Below, in pieces: positions 1 through 8,825 of a stretch of 64,000 nt of DNA. Origin of the DNA: an uncultured Gammaproteobacteria bacterium (GTDB taxonomy: Bacteria > Pseudomonadota > Gammaproteobacteria > JACCXJ01); contig CAVXTM010000018.1 in NCBI GenBank assembly GCA_963764725.1, positions 384,001 to 448,000 of the forward strand. Reading direction: 5' to 3'. The notes beneath the pieces were generated by a model. It was not told where the DNA came from. It saw only the letters and a list, made by a program, of their open reading frames with translations, and searched no databases. Position 1 is the stretch's first letter, and the number at the start of each line of letters is the position of its first letter. Position numbers and translations under genes: made by a program.

Positions 1-1881
1 CTGCATCGTCCGCTCGCTTAGCTCGATCACGTCGAGGGCAATCTCGAGCAGCCCGCCTTCGTCCAACATCGACTGTACGGCGTTGGTGCAGACATTCATC
101 ACAAGCTGATGCAGGCGAATCACATCGCCCTGCACCGTCGCATCCTCCGCGTTCACCTGCAGCCTTAGCGCGATCGTCTCGGGCAGCGAGGCCTTGATAA
201 GCTCCGCGACCTCGCCGAGTAGCGGCCCGAGCCGCACCGGCACATGTTCACGGCTTCCCGGCTGCGTGAAGGCCAGGATTTGATCGACCAGGTCTTTCGC
301 CCGATTCGCCGCCGCCATCACGTTACCCAAATAGCGCTGGAGGTTGCTGCCTGCGGGCACGGCGTCGAGCGCCATCTCCGCATACCCCAGGATGGCACCG
401 AGTATATTGTTGAAATCATGGGCGATCCCGCCTGCGAGCGTCCCGATGGCCTCGAGCTTCTGGGCCTGACGGAGCTGTGCCTCAAGCCGCGCTTTTTCCG
501 ACTCGGCGCGCTCGCGCTCGGCAAGTTCCTCTTGCAACCGGGCGTGGGCGGCCCGCAGCTCGCCCGTGCGCTGCTCGACCCGTAGCTCGAGCTCCGCGTG
601 GGTTTCGGCGAGGGCCCGTTCCGCCGCTTCCCGGCGCGCGATATCGGCCTGCAGCGCCTGCGTGCGCTCCGTCACCTGGGCCTCCAGCTCCGCGGTGTGG
701 GCCCGGATCCGCCCCATCATGTCGTTGAAGGCCCGCGCTAGCTCGCCGGCCTCGTCGTGGGAACGCACGGCCACCTCAACCCCTCGTTCACCCGCCGAAA
801 AGCGAGATACGGCCTCGGTCAGCGTCCGGAACGGCGAGGTGAGCCGGCCCGCCGTCACGACCCCGAAGAGCGAGACGAGAAGGGCGATCGCAATGGCCAG
901 GATGACCCCCTCGCCAAGCAAGCGATCGATGGGCACGAGGAGAACCGATTGGGGCTCGGCGACTACCACCAGCCAAGGCCTATAGCGCAGTCGCGCGGTA
1001 CCGACCGCGTAGGGCTCTGCCTGCGAATCCTGCGATCCCGTCGACAGCGGTGCGGTGAAATAGCCGCCGTTCGATAGCTGTTTAAGCGCGGTCTCCAGGG
1101 CCGGAGGCCCGGTGGCCGCCGCCGGGCCACCGTCGGGCAGCCTCCACTCGGCCTGAAGCCTGCGAATGAGGTCAGTCTCGATCGGCGCCACGGAGGTGAA
1201 GATCAAATCGGGCTGGGCGCTGTCGGCGAGCCGGATGTGGTGCTCATCGAGCAATACCACGCGGGCGCTCGGTGAGGCATGCAGGGCTTGCGTCGTGAGC
1301 TGCTGCACGACCGTGGCGTTGTAGGTAATCCGCAAGACCCCCAGGGGCCGGCCCGCGGGGTCCCACACCAGGCTGGCAAAGTGCAGTGTCAGGGCGTCAC
1401 CGGGCGCATCCGCGAACTGCATCGCCGAGACCGTCGGTACCTTCGTGGCCATGAGCGTCTTGAAGTAGTCGCGCTCTGATTCATCGCGCCCGATCTGTAC
1501 CGTGCGCGTGTCGAGGAGGTTATGACCGGCGAGATCGAGCACGGCGAAGGAGATGAGATTCACGGTGTCCTTGCGGCTCAATCGCAGCAGCGTCTGCCAT
1601 GCGGCTGCCTTGTGAAGCGCGTCACCGGGGGCCGACAGAAAACCTTGAACCGCGGGCAAAAGCGCGTGAACCCGCAAACCATTTAAGTTCTCATTGAGAA
1701 ATCCGTCGATGGCCTGGGCGGTCTGCGTAGCGCTGGCGTAGAGGGCCCGGTGCGCGCCGTCGATCAGCGCTTGGCGCGTCACGCGCTGGTTGAAATACTC
1801 AAGCAGCAAGAGCGGTGCGAGCGAAACCAATAGGAAGGCCGCAATCAGTCGGGGACGCAGCTTGGAAAACGCTCTACGCAT
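1..1881 (-). CDS. Membrane sensor histidine kinase, VirA/CckA-like (TM-Cache-TM-HAMP-HisKA-HATPase), 3' end beyond the window
   Basis: Not in the ORF track because it runs off the window. Manual translation gives start MRRAFSKLRPRLIAAFLLVSLAPLLLL, H-box QLRQAQKLEAIGTLAGGIAHDFNNILGAILGYAEMA and N-box LHQLVMNVCTNA. A Cache-like periplasmic region and a HAMP segment lie in between. Confidence 0.9.
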   Translation of the reverse strand, partial: MRRAFSKLRPRLIAAFLLVSLAPLLLLEYFNQRVTRQALIDGAHRALYASATQTAQAIDGFLNENLNGLRVHALLPAVQGFLSAPGDALHKAAAWQTLLRLSRKDTVNLISFAVLDLAGHNLLDTRTVQIGRDESERDYFKTLMATKVPTVSAMQFADAPGDALTLHFASLVWDPAGRPLGVLRITYNATVVQQLTTQALHASPSARVVLLDEHHIRLADSAQPDLIFTSVAPIETDLIRRLQAEWRLPDGGPAAATGPPALETALKQLSNGGYFTAPLSTGSQDSQAEPYAVGTARLRYRPWLVVVAEPQSVLLVPIDRLLGEGVILAIAIALLVSLFGVVTAGRLTSPFRTLTEAVSRFSAGERGVEVAVRSHDEAGELARAFNDMMGRIRAHTAELEAQVTERTQALQADIARREAAERALAETHAELELRVEQRTGELRAAHARLQEELAERERAESEKARLEAQLRQAQKLEAIGTLAGGIAHDFNNILGAILGYAEMALDAVPAGSNLQRYLGNVMAAANRAKDLVDQILAFTQPGSREHVPVRLGPLLGEVAELIKASLPETIALRLQVNAEDATVQGDVIRLHQLVMNVCTNAVQSMLDEGGLLEIALDVIELSERTMQ

Positions 1882-2039
1882 GCACGCCGCTCTCACGACG
1901 GTTTCCCACCCATCGCAAGCGCGCCGAAGAGCCCTACGCGCCACCGGGCCCGACGACCATCGACTCGACCGGCATGCCGTACACGTTTGATTTGAACCCT
2001 AGCCAAAAAAATTTTGAAATATAAGCATTTCGTAAAACG

Positions 2040-2137
2040 CCCTCTCCCACCGGGAAGGGTTGGGGTGAGGGTACTAGAAGGATGATTACGCATTGTCTTA
2101 TATCCCCTCATCCTAACCTTCTCCCGGAGGAGAAGGG
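2040..2137. repeat. REP-like inverted repeat pair
   Basis: CCCTCTCCCACCGGGAAGGGTTGGGGTGAGGG (2040-2071) and its imperfect reverse complement CCCTCATCCTAACCTTCTCCCGGAGGAGAAGGG (2105-2137), in an intergenic position. Confidence 0.75.
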
Positions 2138-2187
2138 ACTTCTCATTTTGTCGTAGTGGTTTTGTTCCACATTTGAGACGGAAGAAT

Positions 2188-3198
2188 CTATTCGGTCGGA
2201 AGAAACGTCGGATCGATCAGCGCGTCGAGGTCCGGGAGACGCCCGAGGCTCCCGGTTCGGATGTAGAAATCGATATGGGCGCGGGCGCTCTGATACAGTG
2301 ATGTCGGGTCGTTGCGATCGAAGGCCCGGCGATTGTCCGCGAGGCTCAAGAGCTTGAGCCCGAGCGGTTGCACCTCGCCGAGCGGGATGGCGAGTGCTTG
2401 TGCGATGATCGCGTTGTCCTCTTCGGGGTGTGTCCGCCAGTGCTCGACGGCCCGGAGGATCGCACGCAGAAAGGCGCGGACGTCCTCGGGCCGCTCCCGG
2501 AGCACCGCGCCGCGGAACTGGAGCGTATCGATGATGAGCCCTGGGGTCTCTCGGCTCGTGTACAGGACTCGGCCCCCTGCCTGCACCACCCGAGAGACAT
2601 ACGGCTCCCAGGCTTGCCCCGCATCGATCACCCCGGCGCGCAACTGGTCGGGGACATGGTTGGAATCGGTGTTGATGAGCGTGACCTCGGCGCGCGTCAG
2701 CCCCCCGGCCTCTAGCATGCGCTCGACGAAGAGCTCGCCAAAACCGCCCAAGGCGGCCCCGATCACCTTGCCGCGCAGTTCCGCGATGCCCGTGATCGCG
2801 GGCTTCGCGACCACCGCATCGCCGCCTGCGGATTCGTCGATCGCGTAGACCACCCGAATGTCGGGGTGATGACCGCTGGCGACGATGAGGCTGCCGATGG
2901 GCAGCGCGATGCCGTCGTACTTGCCGGCGATGAAATCGGCGATCTGGGGCTCCGTGTCTTCCGTATAGATCACCTCGACGGCCACGCCCTCCCGGGCGTA
3001 GTACCCCAGCTCCCGGGCCAAGGTGATCGGGAAGTATCCTGGCCAGAGGTTGTGCGCAAAGCGAAGCGCCGGGCGCTCGGGAGCGGGCGCCTCGGGCGCC
3101 GAGCAGGCACCGATAAGAAGAACTGTCAACACCAGCCCATGCCCCGCACCCCACCATGCGGCCCATGGCTTGAGCAAATCGCCGCGAAGCCCGCGCAT
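2188..3198 (-). CDS. ABC-type substrate-binding lipoprotein, NMT1/SsuA-like
   Basis: Lipobox LVLTVLLIGAC and motifs WPGYFPITLARELGYY, DESAGGDAVVA and AWEPY. The ORF-track N-terminus (to 3441) crosses the promoter module and is probably spurious; start uncertain. Confidence 0.85.
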   Translation of the reverse strand: MRGLRGDLLKPWAAWWGAGHGLVLTVLLIGACSAPEAPAPERPALRFAHNLWPGYFPITLARELGYYAREGVAVEVIYTEDTEPQIADFIAGKYDGIALPIGSLIVASGHHPDIRVVYAIDESAGGDAVVAKPAITGIAELRGKVIGAALGGFGELFVERMLEAGGLTRAEVTLINTDSNHVPDQLRAGVIDAGQAWEPYVSRVVQAGGRVLYTSRETPGLIIDTLQFRGAVLRERPEDVRAFLRAILRAVEHWRTHPEEDNAIIAQALAIPLGEVQPLGLKLLSLADNRRAFDRNDPTSLYQSARAHIDFYIRTGSLGRLPDLDALIDPTFLPTE

Positions 3199-3202
3199 CA
3201 CC

Positions 3203-3285
3203 GTTACAACTGTAACCGAATCGCTTGCATTTGTAAGCAATTTCCCGCGCTTTGAAATCATCCGGTAAGGCACCCGCGCTAGTTT
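3203..3285 (+). promoter_or_regulatory. Promoter module copy 1 with tandem vir-box-like motifs and a candidate -10 (TAGTTT)
   Basis: GTTACAACTGTAAC at 3203-3216 and a second box 21 bp later. Bases 3203-3270 match 6128-6195 at 56/68 positions without gaps. Confidence 0.7.
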
Positions 3286-3631
3286 ACGCACATCGGGGCA
3301 GGCGAAGGCTCGGAATCCGCACCGCCCTAGTGTAGTGCTTCGTAATAAATGGAACTTGTCGTTGGCCGTACCAAGGTCCTTTTTGCGTATTCCTGTTCCT
3401 CGGAAAGCGTTGCAGCACAAGGATTCCACGCCTGGAATCATAAGTCCTAAAAAGAATGAAGCAGTACACTAGTATACGTAAATCAGGGCAGGCGATGGAT
3501 CGGAATCCTCACCGCCATCTGAAGCAGCGCTAGCAGCGGAGCAAGAGCGCCAGAGAGATGAGATAGGACATCAGCGAAACGTCGTGCCTTGCCATCCCGA
3601 AACGGCGAATCAAACGTCGAGGAGAACGAAC

Positions 3632-4909
3632 ATGTTGAATCATTACGAAGGTATTGAAACTCGCGCCCGCCGGGTTGTGGGGCCCATGCCATTGCCCCGA
3701 GTTGCACGAGGGATCCTCGCTGCGCCTTTCCGCTTAGCAGCGAATGCCACGACTCGTATCTCTAAAGCGCTGGCGCCCTGGGTAGTCATGTGGCGATTCT
3801 TGGAGGGCTTGGACCGTCACTCGCTGGCTTTCTATGGCGACGTTGAAGGCCGAGCAGACCCGAACACGCGGGCGAAGAACGGCCGAATCATGAGCACCGG
3901 CGCCGCGGCGACGGATATGAAAACTAGGAAGTCGATCACGAACATTCTTCCATCACGACAACCGGTAGCGGCCGAGGGCGAGCGACCCACGGTGATCGGC
4001 CTGCACGCCGGTGCCGGCGCTCCGGAGCAATGGCGGCCGCTCGCCGAGCGCCTGCGCTTCCGCAACCGCGTGCTCGCGCCGCACCTCCGCGGCTATGCCG
4101 CGAGCCGCGCATTGGGCACGGGCGAGCCGTTCTCGCTGGATACCGAGACGGCGGCGATCGAGCCTTTGATCGGTGCCTTTCCAGGCCCGGTGTACCTCGT
4201 AGGCCATGACTATGGCGCGGCGGTGGCGCTCAAGCTCGCGCTCGCGCGCCGCGAGCGCATCGGCGGCCTGCTGCTGTACGAGCCGACGCTATTCAGCCTT
4301 TTGTTTTCGGATGCGAAGTCGCGCTACGCCTATATGGACATAGCGCAACTGCGACGCGTGCTAGGACGCTATCTCGATGCGGGCGATAGGCTCCAGGCCG
4401 CGCTGCGCTACGTGGACCATTGCTCGGGCGCAGGCGTGTGGCAAGGCCTTTCAGCCGAGGAGCGGGCAACGATCGCCCATCGCATGCCGGCGCTGTGTGC
4501 GCAGCTCGACGCCCAACTCGCCGATCCGACGCCTGCTTCGGCGTACGCCGGGATCGACGTGCCGGTATTGCTCCTGAGCGGGGCTCGGCCGCGCGCCTGC
4601 ACCCGGCGCATCGCGCAGCTCCTCACGCGCGCGCTCCCCCGCGCGGAGTGGCGCCAGCTCGATGGTGTCGGCCACGGCCCCGGCGCACACCCTGAGGAGG
4701 TCGATCGCGAGATCGAGGACTTTCTCGCGCGGCACCTCTCATCTCGTACCGTGATCCGGAGCCGACAGCGGCCTTCGCGTCGATGGTATCTTGCGCGCCG
4801 CGACGAGCCTGACCGGGCGGACGCCGCATCACGGGAAGAGCCCCGCGCCCTGCCCAGCGCCCCATCGCCAGATCCATGGAACTGTGCGTGGCGCAGGGCA
4901 CGGGGGTAG
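3632..4909 (+). CDS. Alpha/beta fold hydrolase with N-terminal extension
   Basis: AGGAGA RBS before ATG 3632; PTVIGLHAGAG, nucleophile elbow VYLVGHDYGAAVAL and catalytic His in GVGH. Confidence 0.8.
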   Translation: MLNHYEGIETRARRVVGPMPLPRVARGILAAPFRLAANATTRISKALAPWVVMWRFLEGLDRHSLAFYGDVEGRADPNTRAKNGRIMSTGAAATDMKTRKSITNILPSRQPVAAEGERPTVIGLHAGAGAPEQWRPLAERLRFRNRVLAPHLRGYAASRALGTGEPFSLDTETAAIEPLIGAFPGPVYLVGHDYGAAVALKLALARRERIGGLLLYEPTLFSLLFSDAKSRYAYMDIAQLRRVLGRYLDAGDRLQAALRYVDHCSGAGVWQGLSAEERATIAHRMPALCAQLDAQLADPTPASAYAGIDVPVLLLSGARPRACTRRIAQLLTRALPRAEWRQLDGVGHGPGAHPEEVDREIEDFLARHLSSRTVIRSRQRPSRRWYLARRDEPDRADAASREEPRALPSAPSPDPWNCAWRRARG

Positions 4910-5042
4910 TTGAAGAGACAAGGGCCGGTCCAGCGGATCCGGAGTCGGAAACGCCTAAATCAAATCGCGATGATCCCGGGCCACCGGTGACGGTCCGCTC
5001 AAGTATAATGCCGGAGTCTTTTTACCGAGGACCGAGATAGCG

Positions 5043-5762
5043 ATGCCTGCTCCACGCATCCTTGGGGTGGATGACGACCCGGCGATCCGGCAGTTGATCG
5101 CGGACTATCTGACGGAGAATGGCTTTCAGGTCAGCACCGCCGCGGATGGCAGGGCGATGCGACAGCGCTTGACCCAAAGTCCCGTGGACCTCGTGGTGCT
5201 CGATATTCGGCTCGGTCAGGAAGACGGCATGGTGCTCGCCCGCGAGCTGCGAGCGGCATCGGCGGTCCCCATCATCATGCTGACCGGCCAGCGCGAAGAG
5301 GCCGACCGCGTGATGGGTCTGGAGCTGGGTGCGGACGATTACCTCACTAAGCCCTTCAGCCCGCGGGAGCTACTCGCTCGCATCCGGGCCGTGTTGCGCC
5401 GGACCCGGGCGCGCGAGCTATCCCCGCCTAAACGCAACAAGTGGACCCTCTATCGATTCGCCGGCTGGGAGCTCGACATGCGCACCCGCTGTCTGCGCTC
5501 GCCACGGGGCGCGCCCGTCGCCTTGAGCCGAGGAGAGCTGAGCCTGCTTGCGGCCTTCCTGAGCGCCCCCCAGCGCGTGCTGTCGCGCGATGAGCTATTG
5601 GATCTCAGCCGCGTGCACGACAACGAGGTCTTTGACCGCAGCCTCGATGTGCAGATCCTGCGCTTGCGCCGAAAGATAGAAGCCAACCCGGGCGAACCGG
5701 AGCTTATCAAGACCGAACGTGGCGTGGGGTATGTGTTCGCCGCGAAGGTGGACGTGTTATGA
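5043..5762 (+). CDS. OmpR-family response regulator, VirG-like
   Basis: Receiver domain (VDDD, LVVLD, ADDYLTKPF) and winged helix SRVHDNEVFDRSLDVQILRLRRKIEANP...LIKTERGVGY, closely resembling Agrobacterium VirG. TATAAT at 5004-5009. Confidence 0.93.
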   Translation: MPAPRILGVDDDPAIRQLIADYLTENGFQVSTAADGRAMRQRLTQSPVDLVVLDIRLGQEDGMVLARELRAASAVPIIMLTGQREEADRVMGLELGADDYLTKPFSPRELLARIRAVLRRTRARELSPPKRNKWTLYRFAGWELDMRTRCLRSPRGAPVALSRGELSLLAAFLSAPQRVLSRDELLDLSRVHDNEVFDRSLDVQILRLRRKIEANPGEPELIKTERGVGYVFAAKVDVL

Positions 5763-5889
5763 GGCGCGGCTGGCGGCGGATCCTGAGCTTCCGAATCACC
5801 GTCTTGATCGCGTCCTGTGACAGCGGCGTCCGCACGGGGACACTTGCGACGCTGCGATTCGGCTACGACTACTTGCCCGGCTACTACCC

Positions 5890-5990
5890 AGCGGCAACCT
5901 GACGTGCTTATCCTTATCGAGGCTGGGATCGGCCACCTCGATGATCATCAACACGTCCTCAGGGTAGGGATGCGCGTCTACATTAGCGGC
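5890..5990 (-). pseudogene. Uma2 (DUF820) family endonuclease fragment
   Basis: HPYPEDVLMIIEVADPSLDKDKHVRLPL matches the Uma2 core motif; the rest of the domain is missing. Confidence 0.6.
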
Positions 5991-6127
5991 ACGGCTTGAC
6001 CAGGGCGAGATCGGGCTCGGGGAGAATAAGAATTTCAAAAGCCCTTTTTCTACAAAAGGGAAGATACGACCGACTCTATTTTTACGACGCTAGGGTAAAC
6101 GTCGCCACCGCGGGTTGGTTCGTTATT

Positions 6128-6210
6128 GTTACAACGGTAACCGAATCGGTTACATCTGTAAGCAAATTCTCCTTTTTTGAAATCCTCCAGTAAGGTTGCC
6201 CCTCTATCTT
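6128..6210 (+). promoter_or_regulatory. Promoter module copy 2 with tandem vir-box-like motifs and a candidate -10 (TATCTT)
   Basis: GTTACAACGGTAAC (6128-6141) and GTTACATCTGTAAG (6149-6162). The TA---T hexamer lies at the same +77 offset as in copy 1. Confidence 0.7.
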
Positions 6211-6336
6211 AAGACCCTAAATCGACAAGCACGCCTGCCTCGATTGCAGGGACGAGGCCAAGGATCTGTGGCGTTTCATCGCCGCAGCAAGTGCTGTGCA
6301 TGTAGATAGTTAACCACTCTTAAGAGGAGAGCAACG

Positions 6337-6594
6337 ATGAGCAGTGAACGTAACATCGATGAAACGGAATCGTCGGCCGTGTATCGAGGTGAGTCCCGCT
6401 TGCAGGCGCTGAGCGAGCCCTATAACGAATCTCTAGAAGAGTGGTGGCATCGCGAATGCCATCTTTCCGCCGAAAACCGGGATCCCGTACCGACGCGTAA
6501 TTCCGCAACGCCAGCGCTTAAGCGCTTGCTATCTGCACTAGTAAGGTTAGGTATCGCATACCGAAAATCAACCGTTGAGGTCCAGCTAAGATGA
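6337..6594 (+). CDS. Hypothetical small protein, doubtful, contains a REP-like palindrome
   Basis: Strong AGAGGAGA RBS and ATGA overlap with the next gene; no recognisable domain. Confidence 0.3.
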   Translation: MSSERNIDETESSAVYRGESRLQALSEPYNESLEEWWHRECHLSAENRDPVPTRNSATPALKRLLSALVRLGIAYRKSTVEVQLR

Positions 6595-8564
6595 ACATCC
6601 GGCGACAATCCTTCAGTACATCCGAACACTGCGTGCTCTCCGCTTGGCGGGAGCAACTGGCGCAAGCCGCGCAGGGTCTCTCGCAACAACTCGTTCAGCA
6701 GGCGCCACAGCTTCTGCCCCGTTTTGCGGCCTATTACACGAAGCTGCAACAGTTGCCACGGCGGGTGCGGCGGCGCCTGCAACGGCAATTCCGTACGGTG
6801 TGCCGTGCGCACCATTTCTCTGCAAACAGAACGCACCCGACACGAACCCAATCGCTCGCCGGCGTGGCGCTGTTGCTGGCCCTAGGTCAGGCGCCGGCGC
6901 TGGCCGCCACCATCAACGTCGGCGGCGGTTGTTCGCTGGTGAACGCCATTAATTCGGCCAATCAGGAGGCTTCGGTCGGCGGATGCACGGCCGGTAGCGG
7001 TGCGGACACCATTGTGCTACCTGCAAACAGCACCCGCACACTTACGACGGTCAACAATACAAGCTATGGACCTAACGGTCTGCCGGTCATCAGCAGCGCT
7101 ATCACGATCGACGGTAACGGCAGCACCATCACGAGGGGTAATAGCGCGCCGAATCTCCGTATCTTTACCGTGAGCAGCACGGGAAATCTGACCCTGGCGG
7201 AGACCACAGTGAGCCAAGGCGTAGGCGCCGGGGCGTTCCCTGACAATGTCGGTGGCGGCATATTAAACGTTCAAGGTACCGTCAAGCTGATCAACAGCAC
7301 CCTCTCGGAGAATCGTGCTACCGCTGGCGGCGGCCTGCATAACCGTGGCGGCACCGTTAGCCTGAACAACAGCACCGTCTCTGGCAATGACGCCTCCTAT
7401 GGCGGCGGCGGCGTGGATAATCACGTTTCCGGCGTTCTCACCATCACTAACAGCACTATCTCGGGCAATTCCAGCACTCGTGGTGGCATGCTTAACCGCG
7501 AGAGCAGCACCCTCACCATCACCAACAGCACCATCTCGGGTAATGAGGGCGGATTCTTCGGCGGCGTGGCCAACTTGGGCGTCAGCACTCTCATCCTGAG
7601 CAACAGTACCGTCTCAGGCAACTCCTCGTTGCTCAATGGCGGTGGCATAGGTAACTTCGACTCCAGCACTGCCACGGTGAGCAACAGCACCATCTCGGGC
7701 AATTCCGCCTTGGGCAGTTCCGTCTCGGATGGCGGCGGCGTGGCTAACTACAACTCCAGCACGCTCATTCTGAGCGACAGCACCATTTCCGGTAATTCCG
7801 CCTCGGGTACCGGCGGCGGCGTGGCTAACGGCAGCAGCATTCTCACCCTGCGCCGTACGCTGATCTCGGGCAATACCGCCCCCATCGGAGCGGAGGTCAG
7901 GATCGTTAGCAGCACTATTAATGCCGACAACTTCAACCTGATTGGACACAGCGGGCTGACCAATGCACAGGCGTTTACGAACTTCATCCCAGGTGCGAGC
8001 GATATCGCTGCCACTTCGAACGGCAATACGCCCACCGCTCTTACGGGCATCGTCAATCCGACTTTGGCCAACAACGGCGGTCTGACCCAGACCCGCGCCC
8101 TAGCCTTAGGTAGCCCGGCCGTGGACGCGGTAGCGGCCGGCTGTTCGCCACCGAATACAGATCAACGGGGCGTACCAAGGCCGCAGGATGCCAACAACAG
8201 CGGTTTTTTGATTTGTGATATTGGAGCCTTCGAACGGGTGCCGCCCGGCACCGTGACTTGCGACGGTCTGCCTGCCACCATAGTCGGCACACCCGCCAGC
8301 GAGACTATCACCGGCACGCCCGGCCCTGATGTGATCCAAGGCTTAGGCGGCAATGATCTGATTCGGGGTTTAGGAGGCAACGACGTTGTCTGCGGTGGGT
8401 CCGGCAACGATCGCCTATTCGGCGGCCCTGGCGACGACCGCTTGTTCGGCGGCGCCGGTACCGATCGCCTTGCCGGGGAACTCGGCTTCGACCGCTGCGA
8501 CGGCGGCTCGCCTGCCACCGGCGATACGGCCGCTAGCTGCGAGCCGGTACGCAACGTGCCGTAG
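6591..8564 (+). CDS. Secreted right-handed beta-helix protein (choice-of-anchor Q/CSLREA-like) with C-terminal RTX Ca-binding repeats
   Basis: Repeated (N/D)ST(I/V)SGN...GGG(V/I)xN units; LANNGGLTQTRALALGSPAVDA...TDQRGVPRPQD...CDIGAFE; C-terminal GGxGxD nonapeptides; signal-like ALLLALGQAPALA|A. Confidence 0.88.
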   Translation: MNIRRQSFSTSEHCVLSAWREQLAQAAQGLSQQLVQQAPQLLPRFAAYYTKLQQLPRRVRRRLQRQFRTVCRAHHFSANRTHPTRTQSLAGVALLLALGQAPALAATINVGGGCSLVNAINSANQEASVGGCTAGSGADTIVLPANSTRTLTTVNNTSYGPNGLPVISSAITIDGNGSTITRGNSAPNLRIFTVSSTGNLTLAETTVSQGVGAGAFPDNVGGGILNVQGTVKLINSTLSENRATAGGGLHNRGGTVSLNNSTVSGNDASYGGGGVDNHVSGVLTITNSTISGNSSTRGGMLNRESSTLTITNSTISGNEGGFFGGVANLGVSTLILSNSTVSGNSSLLNGGGIGNFDSSTATVSNSTISGNSALGSSVSDGGGVANYNSSTLILSDSTISGNSASGTGGGVANGSSILTLRRTLISGNTAPIGAEVRIVSSTINADNFNLIGHSGLTNAQAFTNFIPGASDIAATSNGNTPTALTGIVNPTLANNGGLTQTRALALGSPAVDAVAAGCSPPNTDQRGVPRPQDANNSGFLICDIGAFERVPPGTVTCDGLPATIVGTPASETITGTPGPDVIQGLGGNDLIRGLGGNDVVCGGSGNDRLFGGPGDDRLFGGAGTDRLAGELGFDRCDGGSPATGDTAASCEPVRNVP

Positions 8565-8825
8565 CCGCGTAGAGCCCGGATGCGGTGCGGTGAGCCCCGC
8601 GAACCTTGCAGGCAGCGCGGCCGTGGCCGAAGACGCCTACGCTCGTCTCCGACCCGCGGGCATGACCCAGCTCCACGATAGCGAGATCAACACGGCGGGC
8701 CATCCGAGTCTCAGCTTCCAAGACACCGGCTCACATCGAGGATCGAGGTCAGGTCTTTCAATGGCACATTTGTTGTCTGCCTGGGATATGCGGAATTTTT
8801 ACTCCGACCCCCACCTGCGGATGGG

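Noticed and set aside
244-2111. Several short ORFs in the track, mostly on the plus strand
   Set aside because: Most are antisense shadows of the minus-strand histidine kinase, which the track missed because it lacks a stop in the window; the rest have no recognisable domain.
2108-3166. 352-aa Arg/Gly-rich minus-strand ORF
   Set aside because: Alternate-frame shadow of the substrate-binding protein gene, typical of high-GC DNA.
7250-7900. Recurring AACAGCACCATCTCGGGCAAT-like DNA repeats, possible array
   Set aside because: They encode the NSTISGN beta-helix repeats with synonymous variation; not CRISPR. No CRISPR array or cas gene was seen in the window.
8762-8777. TGGCAC-N5-TTGT resembling a sigma-54 promoter
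   Set aside because: The -12 element is mismatched and there is no credible plus-strand gene downstream.
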